Positions 1 to 9,114 of a stretch of 64,000 nucleotides of DNA are shown here, piece after piece. Under the pieces are notes generated by a model. That model had not been told where the DNA came from and did not search any database. It saw nothing but the letters and a program-made list of their open reading frames with translations. Numbering within the stretch: position 1 is the first letter of the stretch; the number at the start of each line of letters is the position of its first letter. The position numbers were made by a program, and so were the translations under genes. Origin of the DNA: Pirellulales bacterium (GTDB lineage Bacteria; Planctomycetota; Planctomycetia; Pirellulales; PALSA-1355); NCBI GenBank assembly GCA_963733035.1, contig CAVTBU010000005.1, forward strand, positions 2,528,001 to 2,592,000. Direction: 5' to 3'.

Positions 1-104
1 ACTCACCGAGCCTTGCGGGCCTGGAAACCGGATTCAACTCGCGGCGCGTTATAATGTCCGCTTCTGTCGGAGTCTACACGGCCACTGCGCGACGGAGAAC
101 GATT

Positions 105-1238
105 ATGTTTGGAAAGGGGTTCGAACTCTTCAAGCTCTTCGGCTTCTCGGTCAAGATCGACCTGAGCTGGCTCTTCATCGCCGTGCTGGTCACTTGGACC
201 TTGGCCAGCGGCGTCTTTCCCACCAGCTTTCCCGGCCTCCGCTCCGAAACCTACTGGGCCATGGCCGCCGCCGGCATGCTCGGCCTGTTCCTCTCGATCG
301 TGCTCCATGAGTTGTCCCATTCGCTGGTCGCCCGGCGGCACGGCATGCAGATGAAGGGAATCACGCTGTTCATCTTTGGCGGCGTGGCCGAAATGTCCGA
401 TGAACCGCCGAGCGCGAAGGCCGAATTCTGGATGGCCATCGCCGGCCCGATCGCCAGCGTTGTCATCGCGCTGGTTTGCTTTGGGGTCTACCGCGTGGGA
501 ACTCTGCTGGACTGGCCCGCACCGGTCAACGGGGTGTTCGCCGAGCTCGCCTGGATCAACGCGATCCTGGTGGCCTTCAATCTCGTCCCGGCCTTCCCGC
601 TCGACGGCGGTCGGGTGCTGCGCGCGCTCATCTGGCAATGGAAGGGGAGCATTCGCCGGGCGACGCAAATCACGTCGCAGTTCGGCGTCGCATTTGGAAT
701 CACGCTGATCGTGCTCGGAGTTCTGGCAATCGTCAGCGACAACTTCGTGGCCGGCATGTGGTATGTCCTCATCGGGCTGTTCCTGCGCGGGGCAGCACAA
801 ATGTCCTACCAGCAACTCCTGATTCGCCGGGCTCTGGAAGGAGAGTCCATCGGGCGGTTCATGACGACCGAGCCGGTGACGGTCGCCCCCGAGCTGCCGA
901 TCGCGCGACTGGTCGAGGACTACATCTATCACTACCACTACAAAATGTTCCCCGTCGTCGAAAATGGAAAAGTCCTGGGCTGCGTCACCACCCGTCACGT
1001 TCGCGACGTACCGCGCGATCAATGGCCGGCGCGCACGGTGAAAGACATCGTCGAGTCCTGCTCGCCGGCCAACACCATCTCCCCCACGACCGACGCGATG
1101 AAAGCGCTAGCGCAATTGACCCGCGCCCAGGCCTCTCGCGCCATGGTCGTCGACGACGGCAAGCTGGTGGGCATGCTCTCGCTGAAAGACATGATGCAGT
1201 TTCTCTCGACCAAGATCGAACTGGAGGGAGAAGCGTAA
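105..1238 (+). CDS. Site-2 (M50) zinc metalloprotease with C-terminal CBS pair
   Basis: HELSH zinc motif in TM context, AIAGP, FNLVPAFPLDGGR, two CBS domains; GGAG RBS before ATG 105. Confidence 0.93.
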   Translation: MFGKGFELFKLFGFSVKIDLSWLFIAVLVTWTLASGVFPTSFPGLRSETYWAMAAAGMLGLFLSIVLHELSHSLVARRHGMQMKGITLFIFGGVAEMSDEPPSAKAEFWMAIAGPIASVVIALVCFGVYRVGTLLDWPAPVNGVFAELAWINAILVAFNLVPAFPLDGGRVLRALIWQWKGSIRRATQITSQFGVAFGITLIVLGVLAIVSDNFVAGMWYVLIGLFLRGAAQMSYQQLLIRRALEGESIGRFMTTEPVTVAPELPIARLVEDYIYHYHYKMFPVVENGKVLGCVTTRHVRDVPRDQWPARTVKDIVESCSPANTISPTTDAMKALAQLTRAQASRAMVVDDGKLVGMLSLKDMMQFLSTKIELEGEA

Positions 1239-1317
1239 TCGAGCTGGGGCGAGGCATGCCGCCTGTCGCACCGCCCCACAACCCAACGCCAAGAAGACAA
1301 CAACGGTTCGCATCCTC

Positions 1318-1353
1318 GCGTCCCCTTTAGTTCTTCCTCAGAGAGAACTAAAG
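1318..1353. repeat. GCGTCCCCTTTAGTT motif copy 1 plus 10-bp inverted repeat
   Basis: 15-mer at 1318-1332 is identical to 4225-4239; CTTTAGTTCT (1325-1334) pairs with AGAACTAAAG (1344-1353); lies between convergent genes. Confidence 0.8.
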
Positions 1354-1467
1354 CGGTCGTCAACCACGACAACCTCGATTCCCAGGTGCTAGACGTTCAT
1401 CTTTATCGCACTGATGTGGATGCTGTAAGAAGGGACGCCTTCCAACTCGATAAAAGTTCCACGTCCC

Positions 1468-2448
1468 TCATGGTCCTCTTCTGTTCCCCGCCCGAGGCGG
1501 CAAATAACGTCGCCGCCTTCCACGCCGAAATGCCTGTGCCATCAATCCGACACTGGCGATACCAAGGAGAATGAGGGAGTTGGGTTCAGGTATGACGGCG
1601 GAATACGCGCGGTAGTAAGTTCCGTCGAGATAATACCCAACGACGGTATTGCCTGAGATGCCACGAATGGCCGATGTTCCCACTGCCTGTGGATGGTCGA
1701 GCGTGCTGTAGTCGAGACCATCGTACGTAAAGCCGTGCACTTGCCCCGCTTGATCGAAGTAATATCCGACAACGTAGTTATCGGAGACACCCATTACGAT
1801 GGTCGCAAGGCTTGCAAACGAGACGTCGTACGTTTCGTAGGACGAACCGTCGTAGACAAATCCATGTGTCTTGGAAAAGTTGTCTAGGTAGTAGCCGAAA
1901 ATGCTGTCGCCCGAGATCCCGGTAATGATGGTTGCGTGTGTCGTCCCGGGTACCTGGAAATTCGAATAGGTTGAACCGTCGTACACGAAGCTCTTGTTTT
2001 GCCCTGAGGTATCCCAGTAGTAGCCAACGATGGTGTTGCCTGAGATGCCGGTGGCTACGGTTCCCGCCGATCCCGCCAAAGGGTTGTCGAGGGTCGTGTA
2101 GGTCGAACCGTTGTACAGGAAGCCATGATACTGAGAAGCGTCACCGACATACGATCCGACGATGTTGTTGCCCGAGATGCCGTAGGCAATGGTGCCACTG
2201 CCCGACGAACTCGCCATGGGATGATCCAGTGTTGTGAAACCAGATCCATCGTAGAGAAATCCGTGATTCTTTCCTGCGGCAGAATACGAGCCAACGATGT
2301 ATGGTCCCGAGACATCCCGGGCCCCGGCATCAGTTCCCGGAGTATTGAGAGTTGTGAATGAGACTCCAAGAGCCACTTGCGAATGGATGAGAATCGCGAT
2401 TGGCGCAATCCAAGTCGCCGGCAAAAGCCTGTGTCGAAACGCACTCAT
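1468..2448 (-). CDS. PEP-CTERM surface protein with ~43-aa tandem repeats
   Basis: Signal peptide; about six repeats GISGNxIVGxY..HGFxYDGSxYTTLDxP; C-terminal IPEP-TM-RRGRRRR. Confidence 0.88.
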   Translation of the reverse strand: MSAFRHRLLPATWIAPIAILIHSQVALGVSFTTLNTPGTDAGARDVSGPYIVGSYSAAGKNHGFLYDGSGFTTLDHPMASSSGSGTIAYGISGNNIVGSYVGDASQYHGFLYNGSTYTTLDNPLAGSAGTVATGISGNTIVGYYWDTSGQNKSFVYDGSTYSNFQVPGTTHATIITGISGDSIFGYYLDNFSKTHGFVYDGSSYETYDVSFASLATIVMGVSDNYVVGYYFDQAGQVHGFTYDGLDYSTLDHPQAVGTSAIRGISGNTVVGYYLDGTYYRAYSAVIPEPNSLILLGIASVGLMAQAFRRGRRRRYLPPRAGNRRGP

Positions 2449-2982
2449 CAGCTACTCCAGTATCATCAGGTTGATTGAACTTCCCAAAGCCATGCACTTC
2501 ATGGAAATAGGTGTAAGCGTTACGACAAAGTGCCAGCCGCGTCGAGCGTTGTATAAGTTGAGTAGCTGTCGAGAAGCCGTGATTGAAATCGAAGCCGGCC
2601 TATCACCCGACACAATCACGCATCATCCCTCGGAAGTCGGGTTCTGGCAAGATATTTCGGTGCAGATTCTCTATTAATCGCTGGGCGATCGAGCCTCCGA
2701 TGACTACTCCGGCTGTCGATGCCGTGCCTTTGGTAAACGGCTCTCGGACTCCGTCCGCACTTGTGAAGAGAAGTTTGTGGGCCCCGCAAATTGACCTGGC
2801 GCTGGGTGAGTTTACGCGGCCGCTATTCAGGCCCCTCGTTTCCCTACCGGCCCCGACAGCCTCTCAAGTCCATGCCCCGATGCAACTCTCGAACGGTTGC
2901 TACAATCGACGTGCTGAACGGCCGAAACGATTCCCACGTTCGGCGCGGCTCCCGTTTCACCGACATCAAGGATCCTGCTGCA

Positions 2983-3978
2983 ATGGCGCAACGAGCTTTA
3001 ACTTCCCTCTTCGTAACGGCAATTGTGTGCGCCCTGTTTTGGTTGGCTGCGACGGCAGCCGGGGCCGACCTGTCGGGCGGTGCGCTCGCGGGCGATCGGC
3101 CGCGGGTGATCGTCTCCACGGACGTTGGCGGATCCGATCCCGACGATTTTCAGTCGATGGTCCATTTGCTCATCTATGCCGAGGTGCTGGAACTCGAAGG
3201 GCTGATTGCCTCGCCGCCCGGTCGAGGCCGCGTGCGGCACATTCATGAAGTGATCGAGGCGTACGCCAAGGACTACCCGTCTCTCAAGCGTCACTCCAGC
3301 GGCTATCCGGCTCCCGACGCGTTAAATGAGATGGCCCAGCAAGGCGCGGTCGCTGCCGCTCCGCCCAGCGGCTGGAGCCAACCGACGGCCGGATCGCGGT
3401 GGATCATCCAGGCGGCCAAGACCGACGATCCACGCCCCCTCTGGGTGCTCGTCTGGGGCAGCATCACCGACGTCGCGCAGGCCGTTCACGACGACCCGTC
3501 AATCAAGGACAAGATCCGCGTGTACTCGATCGGTTCGTGGAATACCCACAAGGACCGCGCGGCACGCGATTACCTGTTCAACCGTCATGCCGACCTGTGG
3601 TGGATCGAAAGCGACTCGACCTTTCGCGGCATGTACGTGGGCGGAATCCAACATGGCGAATGGGGCAATCTCGAGTTCGTCGCCAAAAACCTCCACGGAC
3701 ACGGAGCCCTGGGCGATCTGTTCTTTCAAAAAAAACGCGACATCAAGATGGGTGACACTCCGTCGCTGCTGTACCTGTTGCGAGGCAATGCAGACGACCC
3801 CACCTCCGTCCACTGGGGCGGCGCCTTCATAAAGACCGACCACGGCCCCAACTACTGGACCGACAATCCCGATCCCAGCCTCTCCGAACGCCAATACGCG
3901 GGAGCCAAAACCGTTAACCGCTGGCGAACCGATTACCTGGCCGACTGGCAGCAACGCATGAAACGAGGGCAACTGTAG
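2983..3978 (+). CDS. DUF1593 / nucleoside hydrolase-like secreted protein
   Basis: Signal peptide; RPRVIVSTDVGGSDPDDFQSMVHLL, PLWVLVWG, KMGDTPS, WGG motifs. Confidence 0.85.
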   Translation: MAQRALTSLFVTAIVCALFWLAATAAGADLSGGALAGDRPRVIVSTDVGGSDPDDFQSMVHLLIYAEVLELEGLIASPPGRGRVRHIHEVIEAYAKDYPSLKRHSSGYPAPDALNEMAQQGAVAAAPPSGWSQPTAGSRWIIQAAKTDDPRPLWVLVWGSITDVAQAVHDDPSIKDKIRVYSIGSWNTHKDRAARDYLFNRHADLWWIESDSTFRGMYVGGIQHGEWGNLEFVAKNLHGHGALGDLFFQKKRDIKMGDTPSLLYLLRGNADDPTSVHWGGAFIKTDHGPNYWTDNPDPSLSERQYAGAKTVNRWRTDYLADWQQRMKRGQL

Positions 3979-4130
3979 AGTCGAGAAGTGACGCGCTGGT
4001 TTAGGTTGGACCTATCTGTTTCCGGCTCTTTCGTATGCCGATGCCTCACGAGCCTGACCGTGCTCCCTTTTCCACTTCCCGCTCATCGAACCCGACGGGC
4101 GGATTACCCGCATCCGGCTCTCGGACAAGG
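3975..4130 (-). ncRNA. 5'-truncated group II intron remnant (domains V-VI and 3' splice site)
   Basis: Minus strand reads GAGCCGGATGCGGGTAATCCGCCCGTCGGGTTCG (DV, 4120-4087), then ATGAGCGGGAAGTGG...CACTTCTCGACTCTAC (extended DVI, AC 3' end at 3975); no RT ORF. Confidence 0.9.
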
Positions 4131-4147
4131 TGGTCAGGCAACCCCAC

Positions 4148-4237
4148 CCGGAATCCACCGTCCACCCCCGCGGCCGCCCCAAGAAGAGCCCCGGCGACTG
4201 CCCTGGCAGCATCAGAAAAGGTTTGCGTCCCCTTTAG
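4148..4237 (+). pseudogene. C-terminal remnant of RAYT/HUH (Y1) tyrosine transposase-like ORF
   Basis: Reads PESTVHPRGRPKK...KGLRPL*, resembling the ESTLRPRGRPKK tail of REP-associated transposases (recalled, not searched). Confidence 0.55.
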
Positions 4238-4254
4238 TTACTCCTTTAGTTACT
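4224..4254. repeat. TGCGTCCCCTTTAGTT motif copy 2 with 12-bp tandem duplication
   Basis: CCTTTAGTTACT at 4231-4242 and 4243-4254. Confidence 0.85.
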
Positions 4255-4555
4255 TGTTTGATGACGATGGTTTCTTGAACAGCGCGGCACGCACGAATTT
4301 GCCAACGGCAGGCACGATTGGCGCCGCTGAGAGACCAATCCAAAATATGAAGACGACGTCAAAGTCTACCAATCGCATGTGGCTTGGCGAAATGACTTGC
4401 TCGCGATACTCTTCACCGGCTATAGCCAAGATTGGCCGGTCTCCGAATGGGATTCCCAAAAAAGGCGACCAAGGGCAGTATAATTCCGAAGATCAATCTT
4501 GCTCTAAAAGGCAGAAGTTCTCCCAACCACATCACAATCACCACGAAGGCGCCGT

Positions 4556-5959
4556 ATTGGTGTAACGTTTCTTCTGTAAACAGCACTCAAGGAATTCGCG
4601 TGTGAGGCTTGGCGGAGCGAAGGCGAGCGTCAGCGAGCCGAAGCGGAGCCAGGCCTCACACGCGGCGACGAGCTTGAAAGGGGTGGGCCAAGGTGGTTTC
4701 CTTTTGATTTTGTTCTCTACGCAAAACGAAAGGAGTTCGCCCCCATGGCCCACCACGATCAATCTAACGCCCGCGACGAAGTTGTCCACCTCCTGGCCGA
4801 GCACGGATTCGAAGGCATGGCTCAGGCACTCGAAACCCTGTTCAACGAAGCGATGAAGCTCGAACGCTCCGCGGTGCTGGGCGCCTCCCCTTATGAACGC
4901 ACCGAAACGCGACTCGGTTATGCCAACGGCTTCAAGCCCAAGACCATCACCAGCCGTCTCGGCAAGTTACACTTGCAGGTGCCCCAAACCCGTGGCGTCG
5001 AGTTCTACCCGTCGGCGCTCGAACGCGGCGAACGCAGCGAACGGGCCTTGAAGCTGGCCCTGGCCGAGATGTACGTGCAAGGCGTCTCGACGCGCAAGGT
5101 GGCCGAGATCACCCGCGAGTTGTGCGGCTGTGAGGTCTCCAGCATGCAGGTCAGCCGGGCGGCCGAGCAGCTCGATGCCGAGCTGGAGATTTGGCGCAAG
5201 CGGCCGCTGGGCGCGACGCCGTACCTGATCCTCGATGCCCGTTACGAAAAAGTTCGCCACGGCGGCAGCGTCGTCGATTGCGCGGTGCTGATCGCGATCG
5301 GTGTCACGCCCGATGGCCGGCGTTCGATCCTGGGAGTCAGCGTCTCGCTCTCCGAGGCCGAGGTGCACTGGCGTTCGTTCCTCTCCTCGCTCATCGACCG
5401 CGGTCTGCACGGCGTGCGGCTGATCACCAGCGACGATCACGCCGGGCTGGGCCAGGCACGCCGGGCTTGCTTCCCCAGCGTCCCTTGGCAACGCTGCCAG
5501 TTCCACCTGATGCAAAACGCGCTGCACTACGTGCCGAAACTGCCGATGCGGCGCGAGGTGGCTCGCGATCTGCGCGGCGTGTGGGACGCGCCCGATCGCG
5601 ACGAGGCCGAGCGGCAACTGGGCGTGCTGGTTCAGAAGTACCAGACCACCGCGCCGAAGCTGGCCACCTGGCTGGAAGCCAACGTGCCCGAAGGACTGAC
5701 CGTGTTCGCCTTGCCGGCCGAACATCGCCGCCGGCTGCGCACGAGCAATCCGCTGGAGCGCCTCAACGAAGAAATCAAACGCCGCACCCGCGTCGCCACG
5801 CTGTTCCCCAACGAGGCCTCGCTCCTGCGGCTCGTCACCGCCATCCTCCAAGAAACCAGCGAAGACTGGGAAACCGGAAAAATCTACCTCAACCTGGAAA
5901 CCAACTAGCCCACCCCAAACAAGCTCCCGAAGCTTTTACAGAAAAACGGTTGCTCAATC
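4556..5959 (+). mobile_element. IS256-family insertion sequence (~1.4 kb)
   Basis: Imperfect 25-bp terminal IRs ending in TTCTGTAAA (4556-4580; reverse complement of 5935-5959); 8-bp TSD GGCGCCGT (4548-4555) / GGCACCGT (5960-5967). Confidence 0.9.
4745..5908 (+). CDS. IS256-family (Mutator-type) DDE transposase
   Basis: YVQGVSTRKV, LDARYEKVR, SDDHAGL, WQRCQFH, TSNPLERLNEEIKRRTR; AAGGAG RBS. Confidence 0.96.
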   Translation: MAHHDQSNARDEVVHLLAEHGFEGMAQALETLFNEAMKLERSAVLGASPYERTETRLGYANGFKPKTITSRLGKLHLQVPQTRGVEFYPSALERGERSERALKLALAEMYVQGVSTRKVAEITRELCGCEVSSMQVSRAAEQLDAELEIWRKRPLGATPYLILDARYEKVRHGGSVVDCAVLIAIGVTPDGRRSILGVSVSLSEAEVHWRSFLSSLIDRGLHGVRLITSDDHAGLGQARRACFPSVPWQRCQFHLMQNALHYVPKLPMRREVARDLRGVWDAPDRDEAERQLGVLVQKYQTTAPKLATWLEANVPEGLTVFALPAEHRRRLRTSNPLERLNEEIKRRTRVATLFPNEASLLRLVTAILQETSEDWETGKIYLNLETN

Positions 5960-6150
5960 GGCACCGTAGAGCGCAAACGGACGCCCAAGCTTAACAAATA
6001 ATGTCAGGACAACTGTGGCCGCCACTACAAACACCAAGCCCCCTCGCTTCGCTAGGCCCAACTCCGGCAGCCGTGGCCGACGTCCTCTAACCACAAATAA
6101 GGATTTCATCACTTGGGCTCTATCCCATTTACAAATTGCTCGACTTGGAG

Positions 6151-6173
6151 TTACTCCCCTTTAATTACTCCCC
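6151..6173. repeat. Variant motif copy TTACTCCCCTTTAATTACTCCCC
   Basis: Resembles TTACTCCTTTAGTTACT at 4238-4254; internal TTACTCCCC duplication. Confidence 0.6.
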
Positions 6174-6263
6174 GACGGGCCGCCACTGATTGAGAGCATC
6201 GAGCAGCTTGAATGCGAGTCGCGACTCGGCGGTTTGCTCAAGACCTATCGCCGTGCCGCCTGA
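6174..6263 (+). pseudogene. C-terminal remnant of integrase-core (rve) transposase
   Basis: DGPPLIESIEQLECESRLGGLLKTYRRAA*, matching the typical RLGGLLKxYxRAA ending; no start codon. Confidence 0.7.
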
Positions 6264-6280
6264 CGTCTGCCAAGTCTCGA

Positions 6281-6772
6281 TCAGTTAAAATTCTGCCGCA
6301 AGCTGGCGATACGCACTAGCTTCTCGAATTGGCAAATCTGAACCAAGATTTCGGCCGCACGCCGCCATTCTGTCAGCGACGATGGCTCGAGAGCCCAGGT
6401 ACCAAAGATCCTCGATAGGTGCCGGATTGGCTGTGGCATTCTATTTGTACAAGGCGGGTCATGAGCGACGGTCAGGTGAGGGCATGCATATGCGAAGAAC
6501 AGCAGCCCTAGGATTGAGCCGCAAAGTGCGCATTGTGGAATTCGCCTGAATGGCACTCCAGCAGCAGCCCCCGCCGTCTGGCCCGCCATTACGGTTCCAA
6601 AGCAGAATACCCAGACATTTCCCTCGCAGTGCCAGAGTACCGCGCCCGTGAGCACAAATCGCGCGACCATCAAGATCACGCGCTGCACGTTCCATTGAGG
6701 GCGCGGCAAATTGCGCCACGACTCTTGGAGTCGCGGCCATGCCGCACGCCGAATTCTGCTGATTCGATCCAT
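6281..6772 (-). CDS. Hypothetical membrane protein
   Basis: AGGAGG RBS, 2-3 hydrophobic segments; C-terminal part may be read-through into element debris. Confidence 0.5.
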   Translation of the reverse strand: MDRISRIRRAAWPRLQESWRNLPRPQWNVQRVILMVARFVLTGAVLWHCEGNVWVFCFGTVMAGQTAGAAAGVPFRRIPQCALCGSILGLLFFAYACPHLTVAHDPPCTNRMPQPIRHLSRIFGTWALEPSSLTEWRRAAEILVQICQFEKLVRIASLRQNFN

Positions 6773-6879
6773 TCGCCGCCCTCCTACTCAACAAAGAGAT
6801 TGACGCGACTGAGCAATCGGCTGTTGCGTTTTGCAGAAGTCTCGCTCATTCCCGCATTAAGGCCATTATAGCAGGGGGG

Positions 6880-6915
6880 AACTAAAGGGGACGCAGAGAC
6901 GTGAACCTTTTTCTG
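6880..6915. repeat. Motif copy 3, inverted orientation
   Basis: AACTAAAGGGGACGCA (6880-6895) is the exact reverse complement of 4224-4239; AACCTTTTTCTG (6904-6915) also mirrors 4213-4223. Confidence 0.85.
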
Positions 6916-7125
6916 TACCTGCTTAAACTGCTCGCTCCAATCAATTCGCTTGTGTAGCCTCAGTCGCGGCGCAAGTCCTCAACGTTCGAATCGTCTTGAA
7001 GCATAAGGTCAAACGAGAAATTGGTATCAAAAATGCGGATCGGAAAGTTGAGATGAGTTTACAGGATCAAGGCGGCGCGAAACGCAGCGTTTGACGTGCC
7101 TGACAACGAGATTGCGCCACGATCC

Positions 7126-8213
7126 TCACTTAGGCTGATGTAGGATTTCATATGCCTCGTTCACCTTTCGATAAGTCTCCGCGTCGAGGCCGTTTTGTGA
7201 CTTTGCCCATTTCAAGTATTCGACCTGGTGGTATGTCCATCCCGTCTCCATGCGGCCCGCGGTGACAGGATGAGGTTGTTCATCCTGTCCATTGGCCACA
7301 ATAAGAACGGCGTCAACGGCTGAGGCCACCTCTCCTTGCTCTTCAAGATAGCGCAGAATGGCTTCGCGGCACTCGGTGATTGGATCGTGTACCAATGCCT
7401 CTCGGATTGCCTTCATGGATTTCGCGTCTTTTAATCCGACCAAACCGTCGTACAGTCTCGATCGCACCCACCAGTCCTTTGCCATCGGTACCTGGCTCAA
7501 AATAAAATCCCGGTAAGGCGTGTGATAGGCATTTTTGTCCATTGCAAACAAGAGCTTGAAGGCGTCCTGTCGGCAGGTGATGGACCATCTGGCGTCCCCA
7601 GCTTGCTCGGCAAGAAAAGCGACATACGCCTTGTCCGCCGCCTGAGGCGCGGGAAGCACCGCAAAGAGTTTCTCATCGCCGTAGGTTCTCACCAGACGCA
7701 TCGCATCCGCGCTCGACAATTGTCCTCGGAGTAGACGGATGGCGAATTCTTCAAGACCGATCCCGGCCTCGTAGATACGAAGGATGTCATCTTTGCGGAC
7801 GCGAACCTGCGCCTCTCCATGTTCTCCAGCGCGAAACGCATGACCAGAAATAGCATCGGGTCGTGAGTGCGCTTGTACGTGTCAATGTCGAGCAGCGCCA
7901 GGTATTGCTCATAAGTCAGCGGCTGCTTGGGAATCCCGTATGTAGCTCTCTCAGCGGCCCTCAGGTAGCCCGGAGCGCGACTGGGCGGAAGCCAGCCATC
8001 GACGTCAACTCTTTGGCCCTTGCTATACACTTTTCCTGGATTCCCATTTGTCCATGGGCGTTTAGTGAGCTTGGTGACGGGAAAAGCCCCCAAGTCATAG
8101 AGCATCTTTTCGTAGGCCGAGTTTTTCTCCGTCTTCTCCGCGGCCCATACAGAATTGTTGAGCGCCGCCGCGATGACCAGTGCGCCGATGGTTGGAAAGA
8201 GCAAGCGTTTCAT
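7126..8213 (-). CDS. Secreted hypothetical protein, helical/HEAT-like C-terminus (frameshift ~7790-7850)
   Basis: Signal peptide MKRLLFPTIGALVIAAA; overlapping ORFs 7689-8213 and 7126-7719; the second frame is open upstream of 7719. Confidence 0.6.
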
Positions 8214-9114
8214 ACGATGGCCTCTTAGGTTTGCTCAGGCGCACCAGAAGGGGACGGGATCAACGCGCAAACTAGGAAACGGTTGCCCCCTCTTGCCTGC
8301 GGCATGTCGACAATGCCACTTTGCGGCTCGCGTGGCAACACCGGCATTCAACCTGCATTCTAGTACATCCCGGCATTTGCTGTTGGCAGTCGCCCTTGCG
8401 GCTGTCTCCACTTAGAGGCAGCTCCGGGGCCCGCGCCGGCCTTGCGGCGCCCCAAGCGAGTTTTTCCGGCAGTGCGCGGCCGTGGAAACGCTCCACAACT
8501 TCGCCTCTTTCAATCGAGCCAGCAGCTGGGCTAGCCTACGGTCGGCAAATTCTGGACAGCGGACCGCGCGGGGAGGCACCATGTTTCATACCGGGCAAAT
8601 TACGAAAACTGCGTCATATGACAGGTGTCATTTTTCAGGTTACAAAAGGCGAAAAGAAAAGTGCGCGCAACTTTCATCCCGAAAAAAGGCCACTCGAAAA
8701 TCTTGCAATTTCCGAACCGGGCCATTCGCCTGCTTTGCCGGCGCGGCGGCGGACGGTCGGGAACCGCTCGGCAGGCCGAACAATCGCCGCATTGGGCGAA
8801 GCTTGCATTTGGCGCACGCCTGGTCCATGATCGAGCTTTGCAGGCTGTTGAAAAATGCCTTCGTGGCTTTTCTCAACCTCGCGATGTGCGGAGCCAAGCT
8901 CCGCACCGCTCGCGAAATAACGACTTTACGTCGGTTATTTCGTCATCGCATCCGTGCGAGGACGCAGCCCGTTGAATGCTTCAACAGCCTGCCTAGGCGG
9001 GCCGGATTTCCGGCCGAGGTTTTCGGGCTCGAGTGGCCCGACGTGACTTTGGCCATTAGCGACTGGAGTAACTGTCGCCCTGCGGCTGGCGGGCCCGCGG
9101 CGCGAATCGCGCGC

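Larger units (their letters stand above)
4250..6109 (-). pseudogene. Small orphan membrane protein gene interrupted by IS256
   Basis: ATG 6109 MKSLFVVRG...RPFALYGA; removing the IS and one TSD copy restores the frame (FVVIVMWLGELL...); one further indel in the T6 run near 4460; TAA at 4250-4252. Confidence 0.7.

Noticed and set aside
3..1022. Long antisense or overlapping ORFs (also 4967-5851, 10112-11158, 41557-42753, 46128-47375)
   Set aside because: Shadow frames of GC-rich coding genes with no recognisable motifs.
2515..2662. Sigma-54-like TGGCA boxes upstream of the PEP-CTERM gene
   Set aside because: Both candidates lack the GC at the -12 position.
4012..4212. 66-aa minus-strand ORF
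   Set aside because: It is a translation of the intron DV/DVI RNA and adjacent debris, not a gene.
1318..6895. Repeats as a CRISPR array or classical integron attC sites
   Set aside because: Spacing is irregular and kb-scale, orientation is mixed, and there are no cas genes, intI or RYYYAAC/GTTRRRY boxes.
8482..9114. 211-aa N-terminal extension of the K+ channel ORF
   Set aside because: Arg/Ser-rich and not domain-like; the channel homology starts near ATG 9115.
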